A program made the translations under genes and the position numbers. The notes below the pieces were generated by a model. The model made no database searches and was not told the origin of the DNA. It saw only the letters and a list, made by a program, of their open reading frames with translations. From Chthoniobacteraceae bacterium (lineage in GTDB: Bacteria > Verrucomicrobiota > Verrucomicrobiia > Chthoniobacterales > Chthoniobacteraceae), in NCBI GenBank assembly GCA_037190965.1, contig JBBCKI010000037.1:1-19305 (forward strand): DNA of 19,305 nucleotides, read 5' to 3'. Below are positions 16,294 to 19,305 of this stretch, in pieces. Positions within the stretch are counted from its first letter, which is position 1, and each line of letters begins with the position of its first letter.

Positions 16294-17091
16294 ATGTCGT
16301 CGGATCCATCGCAAAAACTGGTCATCGCGGGCCGGGAGTTCAGCTCCCGCCTTTTTCTCGGCACGGGAAAATTCTCCTCCAACGAGGCAATGCGTGCCGC
16401 CCTGGAGGCAAGCGGAACTGAAATCGTCACCGTCGCGCTCCGGCGCGCCGATCTCTCCGGCAAGGGCGACCCCTTCGCCAACATCCTCGATTTCATCGAT
16501 CCAAAACGCTACCTCCTCCTCCCCAACACCAGCGGGGCGATGAACGCCGAAGAGGCGATCCGGCTCTCCCGCCTCGCCGCCGCCGCCGGGATGCCGATGT
16601 GGGTGAAGCTGGAGATTCACCCCGACCCCCGTTACCTCCTGCCGGACCCGATCGAGACCCTGAAAGCCGCCGAAGTGCTCGTAAAAGAGGGATTCACCGT
16701 CCTCCCCTACATCAATGCCGACCCCGTTCTCGCCAAAAGGCTTCAGGAGGTCGGAACCGCCACGGTCATGCCGCTCGGCGCGCCAATCGGCAGCAATCGA
16801 GGGATAGAAACCCGGGCGCAGATCGAAATCATCCTGGAGCAGGCCACGGTACCGGTGGTCGTCGATGCGGGGATCGGCGCACCGAGCCATGCCGCCCTCG
16901 CGCTGGAGATGGGGGCGGACGCCGTCCTCGTCAATACCGCCGTGGCGGTGGCCGCCGATCCGGTACGAATGGCCCATGCGTTCCGAAAGGCCGTGGAAGC
17001 CGGTCGTGATGCCTTTGAGACGGGGCTCGCCGCACCGCAGAAAATCGCCTCTCCCACCAGCCCGCTCACCGCATTCCTGAGGCCATCGTAA
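16294..17091 (+). CDS. thiG: Thiazole synthase
   Basis: [58 protein letters not shown]. Confidence 0.97.
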   Translation: MSSDPSQKLVIAGREFSSRLFLGTGKFSSNEAMRAALEASGTEIVTVALRRADLSGKGDPFANILDFIDPKRYLLLPNTSGAMNAEEAIRLSRLAAAAGMPMWVKLEIHPDPRYLLPDPIETLKAAEVLVKEGFTVLPYINADPVLAKRLQEVGTATVMPLGAPIGSNRGIETRAQIEIILEQATVPVVVDAGIGAPSHAALALEMGADAVLVNTAVAVAADPVRMAHAFRKAVEAGRDAFETGLAAPQKIASPTSPLTAFLRPS

Positions 17092-17220
17092 AAATGAGTG
17101 GCTCCATGGCATTTCCGATCTATTTTCAAAGCTCCTAGGTTGTCTTTTCGAATTGAGAAAGATGGATGAAAAGTCGCTTTTCAGCAAATTCGTAAAGATA
17201 ACCTAAATTGCTCAACGCCC

Positions 17221-18009
17221 ATGCCATTGCTCGAAGTCCAATCGCTCAAAACCTGGTTCCCCGTTTATAGCGGGCTGCTTCGGCGTCACGTTGATGACGT
17301 GAAAGCGGTAGACGACGTCAGTTTCACGGTGGAAACCGGGACGACAGTGGGCCTCGTGGGCGAAAGCGGCTCGGGTAAAACGACCATCGGTCGCACGATC
17401 CTCAAGCTCACCCCGGCGACCGGCGGCAAGATTCTTTTCGAAGGCCGCGACATCGTGCCGATGAGCGAGACCGACTTCCGCCCCCTGCGGCGGGAGATGC
17501 AGATGATCTTTCAGGACCCATTCGGTTCGCTCAACCCGCGCATGTCGATCTTCGCCATCATTGCCGAGGCGTTGGAGATCCATTTCCCGGAGATGAACCG
17601 GGCAGACCGCCGTGAACGCGTGGCGGAATTGCTCCGACAAGTCGGTCTTGCCGCGGAGATGATGAACCGATACCCGCACGAATTCAGCGGCGGCCAGCGT
17701 CAGCGGATCGGGATCGCCCGGGCTCTGGCGGTGAAACCCAAGTTCATTGTCTGCGATGAGCCGGTGAGCGCGCTCGACGTCAGCGTGCAGGCGCAGATCG
17801 TCAATCTCCTTCAGGATCTCCAGGAAGAACTCGGGTTGACCTACCTCTTCATCGCGCACGACCTCGCCGTGGTGGAGCATATCAGCGACCACGTGCTGGT
17901 CATGCACCACGGGAAAATCGTCGAGTCGGCCCCGGCCGAGGCGATCTACGAGAACCCGCAGCACGAGTACACGAAGAAGCTGCTCGCGGCCGTTCCCACA
18001 CTGGGTTGA
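17221..18009 (+). CDS. Oligopeptide/dipeptide-type ABC transporter ATP-binding subunit (OppF/DppF-like), no partner subunits in the window
   Basis: Walker [23 protein letters not shown], signature FSGGQRQR, Walker [25 protein letters not shown]. Confidence 0.93.
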   Translation: MPLLEVQSLKTWFPVYSGLLRRHVDDVKAVDDVSFTVETGTTVGLVGESGSGKTTIGRTILKLTPATGGKILFEGRDIVPMSETDFRPLRREMQMIFQDPFGSLNPRMSIFAIIAEALEIHFPEMNRADRRERVAELLRQVGLAAEMMNRYPHEFSGGQRQRIGIARALAVKPKFIVCDEPVSALDVSVQAQIVNLLQDLQEELGLTYLFIAHDLAVVEHISDHVLVMHHGKIVESAPAEAIYENPQHEYTKKLLAAVPTLG

Positions 18010-18038
18010 CACGGCAGGAAACGCTCCCCACTCTAAAG

Positions 18039-19160
18039 ATGACTCCGCTGCTCCGCAAACTGCTCGGGATGAACTGGCTGCTCTTTGCCGTGATGATCGC
18101 GCTCGCGGTCTTCGGGGTGATTGCCATTTATAGTTGCACCTACATGCGCGACGACGTCGTCTACGCCACCATGTGGAAGCGGCAGACGGTCTGGGTCGCC
18201 ATCAGCACGGTGGTGTTTTTCGTGGTCAGCCTGATCGATTACCGCTGGGTCAAATGGGGAGCGGTTCCGATGTATCTTGTCTCGATCGCCCTCCTGATTA
18301 CGACGCTGCTGGTCGGGCTGAAGTTGGAAGGAGCACGAAGCTGGCTCAAAATCGGCCCGCTCCAGTTCCAGCCCGCGCAGCTCGCCGTGCTCTCCGGGGT
18401 GCTTGTCATCGCCCTGTTTTTGAGCCAGTTCCGGTCGATTCACCCGGGGCTGAAAGTGCTCGCCTGCGGCGTCATGGCGGGTGCTCCCGCGCTGCTGATT
18501 CTGCTGCAGCCCGATTTCGGCTCCTGCATGATCTGGGGGCCCGTGATCTTCTCGATGCTTTTCATCGCGCGCATTCCCAAGCGATATCTCATCACGATCG
18601 CGTTGCTGGGGTTGATCGCCATGCCGATCGGTTATCACTTCAAGCTCAAGACCTACCAGCAGAACCGGATTATCGCATTTATCGACCCCGACATCGATCC
18701 GCAGGGGTCCGGCTGGGCCATCAACCAGACGCTGATCGCGATCGGCTCCGGCGGGTGGGCGGGGAAAGGGTTCAAAGCCCCCAATACCCAGGTGGAACTC
18801 GGCTATGTCCCGAGGACAACGGTTCCCAACGACTACATCTTCGCGGCCATTGGCGAGCAATGGGGATTTCTGGGAGGGCTGGTGCTGATGGGAGCCTTTG
18901 CGGTGCTCCTCTTTTCATGTCTTTTTGTCGCGTTCAATGCCGGGGACGAACTCGGTCTGATGCTTGCAGTGGGGGTCTGCGCCTTGATCTTTACCCATAC
19001 ATTCCAGAATGTCGGCATGACGATCTCGATCATGCCGGTCACCGGGGTTCCCCTCCCCCTGATCAGCTTCAGCGGCTCCTTCGTCGCCGTCATCATGTTC
19101 GGCCTTGGGGTGATAAACAGCGTCTGGATTCACCGCAAGGGGAACGTGGATGCGGTTTAG
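18039..19160 (+). CDS. rodA: SEDS family peptidoglycan glycosyltransferase, RodA-like
   Basis: Multi-TM; GARSWLKIGPLQFQP, LQPDFG, LKTYQQNRI, AIGSGGWAGKG, DYIFAAIGEQWG, PVTGVPLPLISFSGS. ATG at 18039 preferred over TTG at 18006. Confidence 0.88.
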   Translation: MTPLLRKLLGMNWLLFAVMIALAVFGVIAIYSCTYMRDDVVYATMWKRQTVWVAISTVVFFVVSLIDYRWVKWGAVPMYLVSIALLITTLLVGLKLEGARSWLKIGPLQFQPAQLAVLSGVLVIALFLSQFRSIHPGLKVLACGVMAGAPALLILLQPDFGSCMIWGPVIFSMLFIARIPKRYLITIALLGLIAMPIGYHFKLKTYQQNRIIAFIDPDIDPQGSGWAINQTLIAIGSGGWAGKGFKAPNTQVELGYVPRTTVPNDYIFAAIGEQWGFLGGLVLMGAFAVLLFSCLFVAFNAGDELGLMLAVGVCALIFTHTFQNVGMTISIMPVTGVPLPLISFSGSFVAVIMFGLGVINSVWIHRKGNVDAV

Positions 19161-19185
19161 GATCGGTGCGTGACGGAAAGCCCGA

Positions 19186-19305
19186 GGTAGTCCGCTCGCG
19201 CCGTCGAGCGCGGGATCGATGAAGAGTCACGTTTGACGTCCATCCCCGCAGGACGGGCTGCTGGGATTGGGATGAAGCCCTTATGAAGCCACGGGACCCA
19301 ATACC
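19186..19305. repeat. REPIN-like element, copy 4 (same orientation as copy 2), truncated by the window end
   Basis: GGTAGTCCGCTCGCGCCGTCGAGCGCGGGAT followed by a spacer matching the other copies (CCATCCCCGCAGGAC, TGGGATG, GAAGCCACG); ends at ...ATACC just as the second REP begins. Confidence 0.85.

Noticed and set aside
15613..17187. 524-aa ORF suggesting a long N-terminal fusion to YqgE
   Set aside because: The N-terminal part is the antisense shadow of thiG. YqgE similarity starts near GTG 16173, which has its own promoter-like motif.
860..18860. Numerous long antisense or alternate-frame ORFs (e.g. 860-2008, 2603-3454, 11656-12609, 17212-18012, 18033-18860)
   Set aside because: They overlap well-supported genes, are expected in high-GC DNA, and show no recognisable motifs.
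331..19305. Repeats interpreted as a CRISPR array or IS ends
   Set aside because: The copies are dispersed rather than tandem, the internal spacer is conserved rather than unique, and no cas or transposase gene is in the window.

Overview
GC-rich bacterial chromosomal window. A Verrucomicrobiota-like origin is my inference from gene style and scarce Shine-Dalgarno motifs; it is not provable here. Housekeeping and envelope genes: 3' end of an M16 peptidase, a class A PBP, trmD, a D,D-carboxypeptidase, a TPR protein, proC, a VanZ-family gene, ald, a YqgE/AlgH gene, thiG, an oligopeptide-type ABC ATPase and rodA. The centre (6390-12979) is a five-gene heavy-metal RND efflux locus with several unusual parts: a secreted His/Cys leader ORF ending in IDHPPQLV (candidate metal-sensing ribosome-arrest peptide), a TolC-family channel, a periplasmic adaptor that appears to lack its alpha-helical hairpin and carries a His-rich C-terminal membrane anchor, an HME5-signature RND pump, and a secreted protein with an N-terminal His and a CxxC-x6-CxC tail. 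Four copies of a ~146-bp GTAG-REP doublet (REPIN-like element) sit in intergenic spaces and show compensatory stem changes. There is also a standalone coiled-coil/basic protein resembling an H-NS/MvaT-type nucleoid protein, and a recurring -35/-10 signature 6-7 nt before start codons that suggests leaderless mRNAs.
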